A DNA stretch of 32,638 bases from Chitinophagaceae bacterium (GTDB lineage: Bacteria > Bacteroidota > Bacteroidia > Chitinophagales > Chitinophagaceae). This document shows, one piece after another, positions 1 to 9,322 of the stretch. The notes beneath the pieces were generated by a model. It was not told where the DNA came from. It did not search any database and worked only from the letters and a program-made list of their open reading frames with translations. The stretch lies in the NCBI GenBank assembly GCA_031429975.1, contig JANPAP010000185.1:1-32638 (forward strand), read 5' to 3'. Every line of letters starts with the position of its first letter. The first letter of the stretch is position 1. A program made the position numbers and the translations under genes.

Positions 1-1648
1 CAACCAAAATTGTTGCCTTTCTGCGGTTATCATCCAGCCATTCGATTGTTTGGCCATTTATGGCTTCCCACTCCCGCCTAGCCACATCATAAACTAGTTC
101 AAGATCCTTTAAATTGCAATCTTGTTTTTTGGCTAAAATTGCCCTTGGATCTACTGCTCCGGTACGCAATGCAATAACCTGTATTGGCAAGCGATACTTT
201 TTTATCTGCAATTTCAATTGCCGTAAAACATGCTGATACGCCTTTCCGATGATCCCTTCAATTCGTAAAAAATAATAAGGCTCTAAATCAAAATTTAATG
301 GCACCCGTACAAAATCATCCGAAGAATTATAGGATTTTCCATAATAACTCAATTGCCTGTGAGCATCATTTAAAAGGGTTCGTTGATAACTCCAATGATT
401 TAATAAGGGATGGCTGCCAGCACTAACATGATAATAATAGGGAATTGATTTTTTTGATAGTAGTTCCTCATTCAACAAGCTTGGAGTAATGCGAATGAAT
501 GTATCATTTTGCTTGTCATCTATTTGTATGCTGGGTAAATAAAACTGGCCCAACATAACGGCAATTCGTTTAAATAACATTTGCAATTCGGCCACTATAT
601 TTTTTTGTACATACAAAGGCGAATAAATAAAATAATGCCGGTAAGGCAACAGCCCAAAACTTGCTGCAGGCAAGGCTTCGCCTAATAATAAATGACGTGG
701 AAACAATTTACTATCGGGGCAACAACTGCTTAAAAATGCAACCCCTATTTTCCTAAATTCCTGGTAAGCCTGTAATACATCGCTGAACAAATCGAATTGA
801 TATTGCAGAAACAGAACTTGATTTACACCGATCGTACCATCGTACAGGTATTTATATTTTGTTACCAGATTATGAAAAGGATTTAATGCAAAATCCGGCG
901 CCACTATATCGCCAAATCTGCTGTAAATATTTGTAAGTTTTATTTCTACCTCATCCAAAAACTGTTTACTCAACAACTTTAAATAAGCATTGTAAATATC
1001 CTTTGATGTTACTGGATTACTATTGGGCACATCCCATTTAGTCATTCTTATTTCGGGTAAACTGGTAAATGTATTTACCCCCAAACCTGTAGCAGCACTC
1101 CCCATCAGCAATTCTGCATCGGCCCGTGAAACTGCCATGGGCAAAAAAGACACTGCTACATTTATACCTTTATCATCGCATGAATTGGGATCACAATTTT
1201 TATTTTGATTTTCTTTTAACTCTACAAAAAGCAATATTACTTTTCCATTTAAAAAATTATTGCTGATTAAATCGGGGGCATCTTCTGTGGCAGTTTTTCT
1301 TAATTCCCAAACATCCATTTTTACTTTTTTTCCACTACCATTTAATTTGTAAAAACGATCGTAAGCCCTTGCAGTATCAACATCATATTTTTTATACCGG
1401 ATGTATTTATTTTCTTCTACAGCCACCAGATAACCCTCCGAAGTAATGCCACAACCCCGGCCAATGGTCAGCTCGGTTTTTAAATCATTAACCGATAAGT
1501 GTAATCCACAAACAATACCAATACCCACAAGATTGGTTCGGGTTATTCGGTTTTGTTCATCTAGGTAATCAAACAGATGATTCAAGTCGCCCGATGTGAG
1601 TAACTGATCGGGAACAAATTTTGGAAACTCAGTTTGTGACGGTATCAT
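1..1648 (-). CDS. Afp13/Pvc13-like eCIS tail-fibre-associated protein, 3' end outside the window (>549 aa)
   Basis: Not in the ORF track. I translated it by hand: ATG at 1648 and no stop down to base 1. It begins MIPSQTEFPKFVPDQLLTSGDLNHLFDYLDEQNRITRTNLVGIGIVCGL and contains GCGITSEGYL, CDPNSCDDKG, FPRHLLLG, IPYYY and FLRIEG, which resemble Afp13-type N-terminal motifs. Confidence 0.85.
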   Translation of the reverse strand, partial: MIPSQTEFPKFVPDQLLTSGDLNHLFDYLDEQNRITRTNLVGIGIVCGLHLSVNDLKTELTIGRGCGITSEGYLVAVEENKYIRYKKYDVDTARAYDRFYKLNGSGKKVKMDVWELRKTATEDAPDLISNNFLNGKVILLFVELKENQNKNCDPNSCDDKGINVAVSFLPMAVSRADAELLMGSAATGLGVNTFTSLPEIRMTKWDVPNSNPVTSKDIYNAYLKLLSKQFLDEVEIKLTNIYSRFGDIVAPDFALNPFHNLVTKYKYLYDGTIGVNQVLFLQYQFDLFSDVLQAYQEFRKIGVAFLSSCCPDSKLFPRHLLLGEALPAASFGLLPYRHYFIYSPLYVQKNIVAELQMLFKRIAVMLGQFYLPSIQIDDKQNDTFIRITPSLLNEELLSKKSIPYYYHVSAGSHPLLNHWSYQRTLLNDAHRQLSYYGKSYNSSDDFVRVPLNFDLEPYYFLRIEGIIGKAYQHVLRQLKLQIKKYRLPIQVIALRTGAVDPRAILAKKQDCNLKDLELVYDVARREWEAINGQTIEWLDDNRRKATILV

Positions 1649-1663
1649 TTTAATAAATTTTGC

Positions 1664-1685
1664 TTTCTGCTTTGCCGGGCAGAAA
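1664..1685 (-). other. Intergenic stem-loop between the Afp12-like and Afp13-like genes
   Basis: TTTCTGC-N8-GCAGAAA inverted repeat with no U-tract on the minus strand. Confidence 0.35.
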
Positions 1686-1688
1686 TCA

Positions 1689-4600
1689 TTAAATAATTAT
1701 ATTATCCAAAAACACCCTGTTACTGTCATCTCCATCTACGCAATCATGCAGTTTTGCATCAGGGTAAACATTTTTTAAATCGATGAAAATTTCAAGAAGC
1801 AATTCTAATAATTCGTGTAATACGGCCTCATCTATTTCATCTTTTGACAGTTCCGTAAGCCAGTTACAGTAAGCGGTTTCGAACAATGCTAATTGCAAGT
1901 TAGATACCCAACATATTTTTACTGCCAGATGAGCTGGTAATTCGGTACGGATGGTTTGCTCTGCAAAGCGGCGAAATTCAATCCCACTGTTTGCAATACC
2001 AGTTTCTCCACTCAACACTACCGTAACTCGAAATGAATAAGGGTCTTCATCCCCACAGGCATCGGCACAATTGCCCGAAGTACAAATTGGAAGCAGGGTG
2101 TCTGTCAATAAATTGTTTTTTGCAAATTCTATAATTCCATCCCGAGCTTTTTCTGCCAGCGCCTGTGTTGCAAAATGTTGTTGCCGGTATGCAATTACTT
2201 CACCGGTTTCATCCAACAAATTGATAAACCATTTTTTTTCTTTTTTAATTTGGTAATGATTAATATCTAAAATAAAATTCATCACTGCTGCAATTTCGAG
2301 CCGGGCTTTTTGTTCGGTCACTGCCAAGTGCTGGTCATAATAACGAGTACTGCTGCTGAGGTAAATTTGTTTGCCGCCTTTTAAGCGCCACCTTCTTTCA
2401 AACAATTTATTATCAACATCCAGTTCTTCATACAATTCAAAATATTTCCAAGCCGTTCTTGGGCGTAGGAGCAGGTGTTCTATAACAAAAACCTTTTCAC
2501 TTATATCCATACCCAGCAAGCGTTTTATACGAAGTTGAAGACCAGCGATATTTTCATTACTACATACTTTTAAAGTGTCTTTATAATGGATGGCCCTTGC
2601 CCGATTGGCACTCATAAAAGGAAAGTCTTTTAAAAAATTAATTTTGTCATTTATTAATTTATCCTGGGCCACTAAAATATTATCGCTGTAGGAATACAGC
2701 ATCAACGCATAGTCATTAAAATTTTCGGCAAATCGGGATAAGAGTTGATTGAGAAACCGGTTACGCCGATCTAAAAAAACGGACTTCGATTCAACTATAT
2801 TTTGCAAGTCTGCTTCGGTTATCCCATTAAATAAATCGCCGGATCCTTTTATAATTTCATTGTTTAATAAAGTGCTGAAATAGGTTTTATCAATTGCAGT
2901 ATTTAGCGAAAACAAATCTTTTACATGTGTTAACTGGCTGAGATAATTCATAAGCAATTGCTCATAAAACAACAGATATGCTTTTAATTGTTTGGCCTGT
3001 GCTTTTCGCTGTAACGAAGCCGTATCGGGCAATCCATCGTATCCAACGCCATAAGTAAGCGGTAACGAATATTGAATGGGGTAATACTCATTTAAATTAA
3101 AATGCTTGCCGTTGGGAACTGGTAAATTATTTTCGATAACCGAAAATTTGGGTTGCGTGTTTTGCCCTTTTATAACCTGTAGGGTATCGCTTAATTCAAA
3201 TTTATCTGGCAAAAATGGCAGCCCGTTTTTATACACTAAAATCTTACTTGCCTCCAAATACAACCTTGGTTGTTGATTGTAATTTACATTGATATACCAC
3301 TCGTTGCTTGCTATCAAGTTTCCATCCGTATCAAAATTGGTAAGGGTAAAACTTTTGATTGTTTTTATGCCTGCTATATCTATATCCATCAGCAGGTTTA
3401 TAATATCGGAGCTGTAAATAAATTCTTTAAGGTTTGTTGCGGCTAACTGATCGTTATCAATAAATCCATTTTCAAGAGCAGGGCCTTCAAATATTTCATC
3501 AACAGGCACTCCTTTTTCCATCAGTTCCTGCAGCGAATAAAATTTTATATCGGGACTAAAATATTGATCAATCCTATAATAAACTGTTGCCAATATTGCT
3601 TCGATATCTGCAGAGGGCTCCACTTCTATATCGGCACAAATTCCAATATCCTGCACAGCTATGGCTTTTATACTGCAATAGTCTTCGCAAAGATTACGAT
3701 GATTGTGCAATGTATTTTTTGCCTGTTGCATCAGCAAATTAGCCCGGTGAATTAATGATAAATATTTTCCAAAAATGCCAGATGCTGTTGCATCTTCAAT
3801 GGCTTGTTTGATATGACTTAATTGAATCTGCTTTCGGTCTTCATCCGATTTAAACCAAATTGTAAATGCGGTATCCGTAAAAAAAATATGCTTTTCGGAA
3901 GGAGGTTCTGTGTTTACTCTAAACTCTACCAGGATGGAATTTGCAAAAACTGGTTTTCTTAAAAGCCTTGCCAAATCGGCATCTGGTATGTTGGCATCAT
4001 CTTTTTTATTACCCGAAATTTTATCCAACTGTACGGCTATCACTTCAGAATCGGGATGCATAAAATCTTTGAACATTGCGGCCTGATCTTCCAATTGTTG
4101 CCAGGAGGGTAACCGCATTTCTATCATGGCTGTAGAAAACCCGGTAGCCACCGGAAAACTAAAATTATATTTTACTTTACCACTGTTTAAATCGCCGGTG
4201 CCTTCTTCATTATCAAACTCAATCATTACATCGTAAAAGCCTTTGATGACGATGGGTTGGGTGCCCTTGCCATTTTGATATTGTAATTTACTTTCGGCAC
4301 ATTTTACAAAAAGTTGTAGTCCATCGCAAGGGCAGTCTTTACATTTTAACCAGGCATTTTTTACGCCTTCTAAATCAATCAGTAGTTTTCTAAAATCAGC
4401 CGTGGTCCATGGGTTTACGGTAAGAATGTCTCTTGCGGTAAAAAATGCCTGTTCGCTGTAATCTTGTTGTGGTAGGTTTGATACGGGATCGGTCAGCAGG
4501 TCGATTATGTTTATATTACTTCTGTAACCAAGGTCGGTAATGGCATAACAAAGTAATTCTAAAATTGTAATGCCGGGGTCGTGCAAGTTATAATCCGTCC

Positions 4601-4712
4601 AAATATTACTTCCTAACTCTTCAATGTACTCCAGCCCTTTTTTACGCAACAATTCGTAATTGCTGGCGGCAGTAAGTACTTGTTTTTTTTGTATGGTACT
4701 AATGGGTTCCAT
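1689..4712 (-). CDS. Afp12/Pvc12-like baseplate protein (~1007 aa) with insertions
   Basis: Motifs WTDYNLHDPGITILELLCYAITDLGYR, HRNLCED, YYPIQYSLPLTYG, AKQLKAYLLFYEQ, EHLLLRP, DPYSF and ELPAHL. ATG at 4712 is preferred over TTG at 4715. Confidence 0.9.
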   Translation of the reverse strand: MEPISTIQKKQVLTAASNYELLRKKGLEYIEELGSNIWTDYNLHDPGITILELLCYAITDLGYRSNINIIDLLTDPVSNLPQQDYSEQAFFTARDILTVNPWTTADFRKLLIDLEGVKNAWLKCKDCPCDGLQLFVKCAESKLQYQNGKGTQPIVIKGFYDVMIEFDNEEGTGDLNSGKVKYNFSFPVATGFSTAMIEMRLPSWQQLEDQAAMFKDFMHPDSEVIAVQLDKISGNKKDDANIPDADLARLLRKPVFANSILVEFRVNTEPPSEKHIFFTDTAFTIWFKSDEDRKQIQLSHIKQAIEDATASGIFGKYLSLIHRANLLMQQAKNTLHNHRNLCEDYCSIKAIAVQDIGICADIEVEPSADIEAILATVYYRIDQYFSPDIKFYSLQELMEKGVPVDEIFEGPALENGFIDNDQLAATNLKEFIYSSDIINLLMDIDIAGIKTIKSFTLTNFDTDGNLIASNEWYINVNYNQQPRLYLEASKILVYKNGLPFLPDKFELSDTLQVIKGQNTQPKFSVIENNLPVPNGKHFNLNEYYPIQYSLPLTYGVGYDGLPDTASLQRKAQAKQLKAYLLFYEQLLMNYLSQLTHVKDLFSLNTAIDKTYFSTLLNNEIIKGSGDLFNGITEADLQNIVESKSVFLDRRNRFLNQLLSRFAENFNDYALMLYSYSDNILVAQDKLINDKINFLKDFPFMSANRARAIHYKDTLKVCSNENIAGLQLRIKRLLGMDISEKVFVIEHLLLRPRTAWKYFELYEELDVDNKLFERRWRLKGGKQIYLSSSTRYYDQHLAVTEQKARLEIAAVMNFILDINHYQIKKEKKWFINLLDETGEVIAYRQQHFATQALAEKARDGIIEFAKNNLLTDTLLPICTSGNCADACGDEDPYSFRVTVVLSGETGIANSGIEFRRFAEQTIRTELPAHLAVKICWVSNLQLALFETAYCNWLTELSKDEIDEAVLHELLELLLEIFIDLKNVYPDAKLHDCVDGDDSNRVFLDNIII

Positions 4713-4715
4713 CAA

Positions 4716-7700
4716 TTAATGAGTAGGGTTGTTTTGTTGATGACTGGCACTTGTTGCAATGCATTCCACTGCGGTATTAGCAGACTGAAATGAACTTGGC
4801 AGCGCTGATAATATTTCATGATTGGATGCTGGTTTTGAAACCAAAATACTCCTTGCTGTTGATGCAATAATTTCATCAGCATCTATAGCTAATGGAATAT
4901 TTGCTGCACTAAAATGTGCCATCCTAACGTCGGTAATAAAATCTACATAGGGCCTTTCTTCAATAAAATTTATAAGAACGGACTTGTATAATTTTCCACC
5001 AAAATTTATTTCACCGGCACCATAAGCCCATGGCGAAAGAAAGGAAGTGATCTCATTCTTGAGTTTATTAGAGTAAAGTGTAAAATCATCGAAGCCTTTT
5101 ACAAGTTGCAACCTGAAGGATAATTTCACTTCTTCGAAAAAAGGATTTACTACATGTAACTTAACATGGCAGGATATTTTTTTACTTAAATAAATTTGGA
5201 TGGCTTTTAATATCCGCTGGCTGGTAAATGGTTTTAAAGGATTAATATCATTGCGCTGTCTTAAATCGGGCACACTAATAATGGTTACATGCCCCGGCAT
5301 TACTTCGTTATAATCCGCATTTACACTTAATGTATGGTTTAAACATTTTACTTTATGTATTTGAGGAAATGCTTCCAAAATAAGTTTTTCGTAATCCCAG
5401 ATGGTAATAGCACGGGCTTTGTGCCTAAGGCGCTCACTTACCCGAACATAAAAAGCTTCGGCAGTTTCGGATGTTCTGCCGCCAAATGAAGCATAGGGTT
5501 GATTGATTTTTTTTATGGCCGATTGGGGTTCCTTAAGTTTATTGATACTGCCTGCGGGCAAGGCATTGTTTAAAAAATTGCTGGCATTATTATTATCGGC
5601 AAATGAAACAAAAGCAGCCTGTGCCTCAACAGAAATTAATTTACAAATTGCATCTGAATATTCCGAAACGGCAGCCCTTAGCCATAAATATCCCGCCGGC
5701 AACATCGTATTTTCAATAGTTGCATCTTCTGGAATAATAAAACTGATAATGCCTGATTGTATTAACTGCATGGTAGCATCACTAAACTGTTGCTGTGTAA
5801 AATCTTTCCACTCATTACTACTCAGGTAACTCCAACGGATATGCTCTACAGACTTACTGATGGTGGGATTAGCCGATCCATCTAATACCTGAAACAAAAC
5901 ATTTACGGATTGATTTGATTCTAAATTTTTAAACCCGATATAAAATTCTCCTTCATGTGGTATGCTCGTTCCATTTTTTTTATGAGCAAATTGAGGCAGT
6001 AAATACTGATCACTTTTATGGTTTAAAAATGCATGTTGCTCTGTATCTCCAAAAGGATACAAGTGAAAAAAATTGGCAGCTTTATTTTGAAAATTATTTT
6101 TATTGTTGGAGGTTAAATCTATTATATCACTGTTGGCCTCGTAACTAATAAAAAGCGATTTTAATAAAGGGAAATAGGGCTCTACTCCTGGAAACAATGT
6201 GGCCGTTACACCGGGTTTTGAATTATTAATAAGATGCAGGGTGAGATCGGCTAAATAATTTTTGTACCCAAAATCAGATTTTAAACCCACTTGCAAAAAC
6301 CCGTTTTTTGATTCTGTATTAAGGTCGGGATAGGATTCATTAAAAGGCAGCGTGGCGGTGGCGGGGATATTTATTTGCTTTGATTGAAATTTTGAATCTG
6401 TAGTAAATGCCGGTATCGTTTCTATATCTGGTATTACAGTATCTGTATCATCAAAAATACTCCAATTGCCATTTTTTAAAACACGGGCTGAAAGGTCAGG
6501 CACATCAGATTTTGGAGCAGTTGCCGGGCTATCATATTTTATATTATTGAGTGTTGGTAAATCGGCCCACTCCATATTTAACCAAAGGCCCACATTTTTT
6601 TTTGTAAACAATTCTTTGTTGCCAATTGTAAACGACGCATCTTTTTTGGGTTGTCCGCCAAAAGGTTGAAAGGGTTTTGATGGATCAATTTTTCCTCCGT
6701 CGGTACTTACATTCAACATTTTTAAACCATCCGTATTATAAGCTGAGCTACTCCCTACTGTTACATCCAACTCTAATTTTGAAACAGTAATATTTTTCAG
6801 TTTTTCAAATTCAAAAGGAAGGTTTTCTAATTGTACTAATATCACTTTTACAACAGGCACATTTACTTTTAATGTACCACCATGCACTGTTGCATCATAA
6901 TTAGAAATGGCCGGTTCGCCGCCGCCCATACTAAATGAAAATTCGGCACAGGACTCGTTGTTTTTTAATTTGGCAGTATGATCAACAAATAACCCTGACG
7001 ATGGCTGGTACCAACCTTTTTTAGTTGTTACAAAAACTTCGTACCGCTTATTTTTTGAAGTTAGATTATCGAGTAACAAATTATTACTTGTTGACAATTT
7101 TAATTTTATAAAACGGAGCCCTTCTTGTAAAAACAAATAATGGCTGGCAACAGCAAACCCTATTTGAGCAGGGGGCATTTTTAATGCAACCAATTTGCCC
7201 TCATTAAATTGTTTGTTGGCAATTGGATGCCATTCCTTGTTAGCAGCTGTAAGTGCTTCGCCGATCCCATCATCCGAATTAATCATTGGCGCTGCAAACA
7301 TGCGACCGTTGTTAATAATATTTATGGGATAATCATCTGCTGCCTTTCCTATATACACCGAACGCAGGCTTTTTACCAATGCCTTATTAAATGTAGTTTC
7401 ATGTTGAAGGGTATAATGCAAATCCTTTTCCTCACTATCTTTTCCTGCTTTAAACAAACTGTTGTTTTGTAAAATATGGCCTGATACCGGCTTTGCCAGC
7501 TCGGCAATAATGTGGGCATTATTGGGTATGGCAGCCCGTTGCTTTAATTGCAATACTTGTTTATAATAAAAATCGAGATGCCTTTTTGTAATACTGTTGA
7601 TATCATTTTGGGCTAATCGAAACAAGCGCAAAAATGTAAGGAATAATGCATAATGAGCCGGATGGGTATTACGGTTTTCTAAACTTTGCAAAAGATTTTT

Positions 7701-8561
7701 TTCGGCATCATTTACTAATTTGCTAAAGGCCATTAAAAACTGATCGAAAATAGAACTGAACAAATTATGGTTGGCTGCATGATTCATTTTCATAAACTGC
7801 AACCATTGAGCCTGGGTATAATTAATATTTGGTTGGTACAGGTTTTTAAAAAATAAATCAAGACTGTTATTTCCAAAAATGCTTGTATCCTTAGAAATGG
7901 CATTGTAAAATTCGTTCCATGTTTCAATTGCCGGGCCAGATTTCCACCATAATTTACTGAGCCCAATTTTTTCAATTACTTCTTTTGCATCTTTTACTTT
8001 GCGGCCAAGTATGCTCCAATTTTTAAACTCAGCAGTTTGTAAATAACCAAGTTCTTCTGCAGCTTTATAGTATCGTAATAACCTTGATAATGCTGGCGCC
8101 AAAAAAGTTTTTATTTGATTTTCGATACTTGTTTTCATGGAAATATCTGCCGGTAATAACCGATAAAATTCATCCAATGCTGCACAAAAAACAAGGATGC
8201 CAGCAAACATTTCGTTCAACACAATACTGGCTTTATTTAACTCAACAACATGGCTGTCGTTTTTTAAAAAATCAAAAAGCGATTTAATTTTTTGTTTATA
8301 GGCAGCTACGTCCTGAATGGCAATGGTGCCCAAAACGGCAGAAACATCATTTTCGAAAAACGGCACCCAATCGCCACTTTGCTCATTATTTAATTCGTAA
8401 AAATGCAGGTAGGCAGCATACTCTTTTGCAAACACAATCCAATCTGCAAACTTTTTTTCATCAACCAGTACATATCCATTTTGCATTGCAGGCAGCAACC
8501 TATCGGCCTGAGAGCTACCCGACCTTTGCAATGGATTTTTTTTATCGCTACATTTTGCCAT
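4716..8561 (-). CDS. Afp11-like baseplate J/gp47 family protein (1281 aa)
   Basis: PAHYALFLTFL, RHLDFYYKQVL, F.AGKD, SFGGR..E...FYVRVSERLRHKARAITIWDYEKLILEAFP and FIEERPYVDFI. Confidence 0.92.
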   Translation of the reverse strand: MAKCSDKKNPLQRSGSSQADRLLPAMQNGYVLVDEKKFADWIVFAKEYAAYLHFYELNNEQSGDWVPFFENDVSAVLGTIAIQDVAAYKQKIKSLFDFLKNDSHVVELNKASIVLNEMFAGILVFCAALDEFYRLLPADISMKTSIENQIKTFLAPALSRLLRYYKAAEELGYLQTAEFKNWSILGRKVKDAKEVIEKIGLSKLWWKSGPAIETWNEFYNAISKDTSIFGNNSLDLFFKNLYQPNINYTQAQWLQFMKMNHAANHNLFSSIFDQFLMAFSKLVNDAEKNLLQSLENRNTHPAHYALFLTFLRLFRLAQNDINSITKRHLDFYYKQVLQLKQRAAIPNNAHIIAELAKPVSGHILQNNSLFKAGKDSEEKDLHYTLQHETTFNKALVKSLRSVYIGKAADDYPINIINNGRMFAAPMINSDDGIGEALTAANKEWHPIANKQFNEGKLVALKMPPAQIGFAVASHYLFLQEGLRFIKLKLSTSNNLLLDNLTSKNKRYEVFVTTKKGWYQPSSGLFVDHTAKLKNNESCAEFSFSMGGGEPAISNYDATVHGGTLKVNVPVVKVILVQLENLPFEFEKLKNITVSKLELDVTVGSSSAYNTDGLKMLNVSTDGGKIDPSKPFQPFGGQPKKDASFTIGNKELFTKKNVGLWLNMEWADLPTLNNIKYDSPATAPKSDVPDLSARVLKNGNWSIFDDTDTVIPDIETIPAFTTDSKFQSKQINIPATATLPFNESYPDLNTESKNGFLQVGLKSDFGYKNYLADLTLHLINNSKPGVTATLFPGVEPYFPLLKSLFISYEANSDIIDLTSNNKNNFQNKAANFFHLYPFGDTEQHAFLNHKSDQYLLPQFAHKKNGTSIPHEGEFYIGFKNLESNQSVNVLFQVLDGSANPTISKSVEHIRWSYLSSNEWKDFTQQQFSDATMQLIQSGIISFIIPEDATIENTMLPAGYLWLRAAVSEYSDAICKLISVEAQAAFVSFADNNNASNFLNNALPAGSINKLKEPQSAIKKINQPYASFGGRTSETAEAFYVRVSERLRHKARAITIWDYEKLILEAFPQIHKVKCLNHTLSVNADYNEVMPGHVTIISVPDLRQRNDINPLKPFTSQRILKAIQIYLSKKISCHVKLHVVNPFFEEVKLSFRLQLVKGFDDFTLYSNKLKNEITSFLSPWAYGAGEINFGGKLYKSVLINFIEERPYVDFITDVRMAHFSAANIPLAIDADEIIASTARSILVSKPASNHEILSALPSSFQSANTAVECIATSASHQQNNPTH

Positions 8562-8576
8562 GGTAAATACTGATGA

Positions 8577-9011
8577 TTAAAGCCCGGTTAAAAAGCCAAG
8601 TTCTGTTCCTTCTTTTTTATAAAATGGAAAAACAAAATTGTATCTCGAATTGGTAGCTGGTATTTCATACTCTACTTCCACCAAAATTTCTCCTTCCAAT
8701 TCGTTTTGTGTATTGAGTGCTATTTTTTTTACAACGATCCTCGACTCAAAAAAAAGAATGGCCGATTTGATCCGATCTATTATTAAAGTTTTTGTTGCAG
8801 TATCCATACTTTCAAAAATCAAGTCGTCCATATTGCAACCATAACGTGGCTGCATGATGCGTTCGCCAATACTGGTTGATAAAAGTAGTTGCAGGCTTTT
8901 TTCGATATCCTCTATTTTTTCTGTAAGCAGCACTTCTTTTAATTGCTTATTAAAAGTGGGAGGAAAACTCCAACCCCTGCCCAAAAAATTATTTGATTGA
9001 TCAAATGCCAT
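8577..9011 (-). CDS. GPW/gp25 family baseplate wedge protein (Afp9-like)
   Basis: FLGRGWSFPP, LLLSTSIGERIMQPRYGC and C-terminal NSRYNFVFPFY. Confidence 0.95.
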   Translation of the reverse strand: MAFDQSNNFLGRGWSFPPTFNKQLKEVLLTEKIEDIEKSLQLLLSTSIGERIMQPRYGCNMDDLIFESMDTATKTLIIDRIKSAILFFESRIVVKKIALNTQNELEGEILVEVEYEIPATNSRYNFVFPFYKKEGTELGFLTGL

Positions 9012-9017
9012 TTTGTA

Positions 9018-9305
9018 TTAATTAATGATTACTGTTGGACAACCTAAAATAATTACCCCGCCATGTGCAGTGCTATCGCCTTGCCTTGCTGCTGGAGCAC
9101 CTGCTACCATTACAGTTGCCGACCCTGCTGCTATGGTATCGGGCGGACCTGTACAGGTAAGCATATCGCCCACTTTTGCAGCCGGCATTCCTGCAATCAT
9201 TACGGTTACTGCACCTGGAGGTATTACCGGGCCACCCACATGCGGCACGGTACCGGTTACTAACGGACAAGTGTGCATGTCGCCTACTCTTGCTGCTAAT
9301 GGCAT
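9018..9305 (-). CDS. PAAR domain spike-tip protein (Afp10-like)
   Basis: Three repeats LAARVGD, PAAKVGD and PAARQGD, with His/Cys residues suited to metal binding. Confidence 0.97.
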   Translation of the reverse strand: MPLAARVGDMHTCPLVTGTVPHVGGPVIPPGAVTVMIAGMPAAKVGDMLTCTGPPDTIAAGSATVMVAGAPAARQGDSTAHGGVIILGCPTVIIN

Positions 9306-9322
9306 AATAAAATTTTATATTT

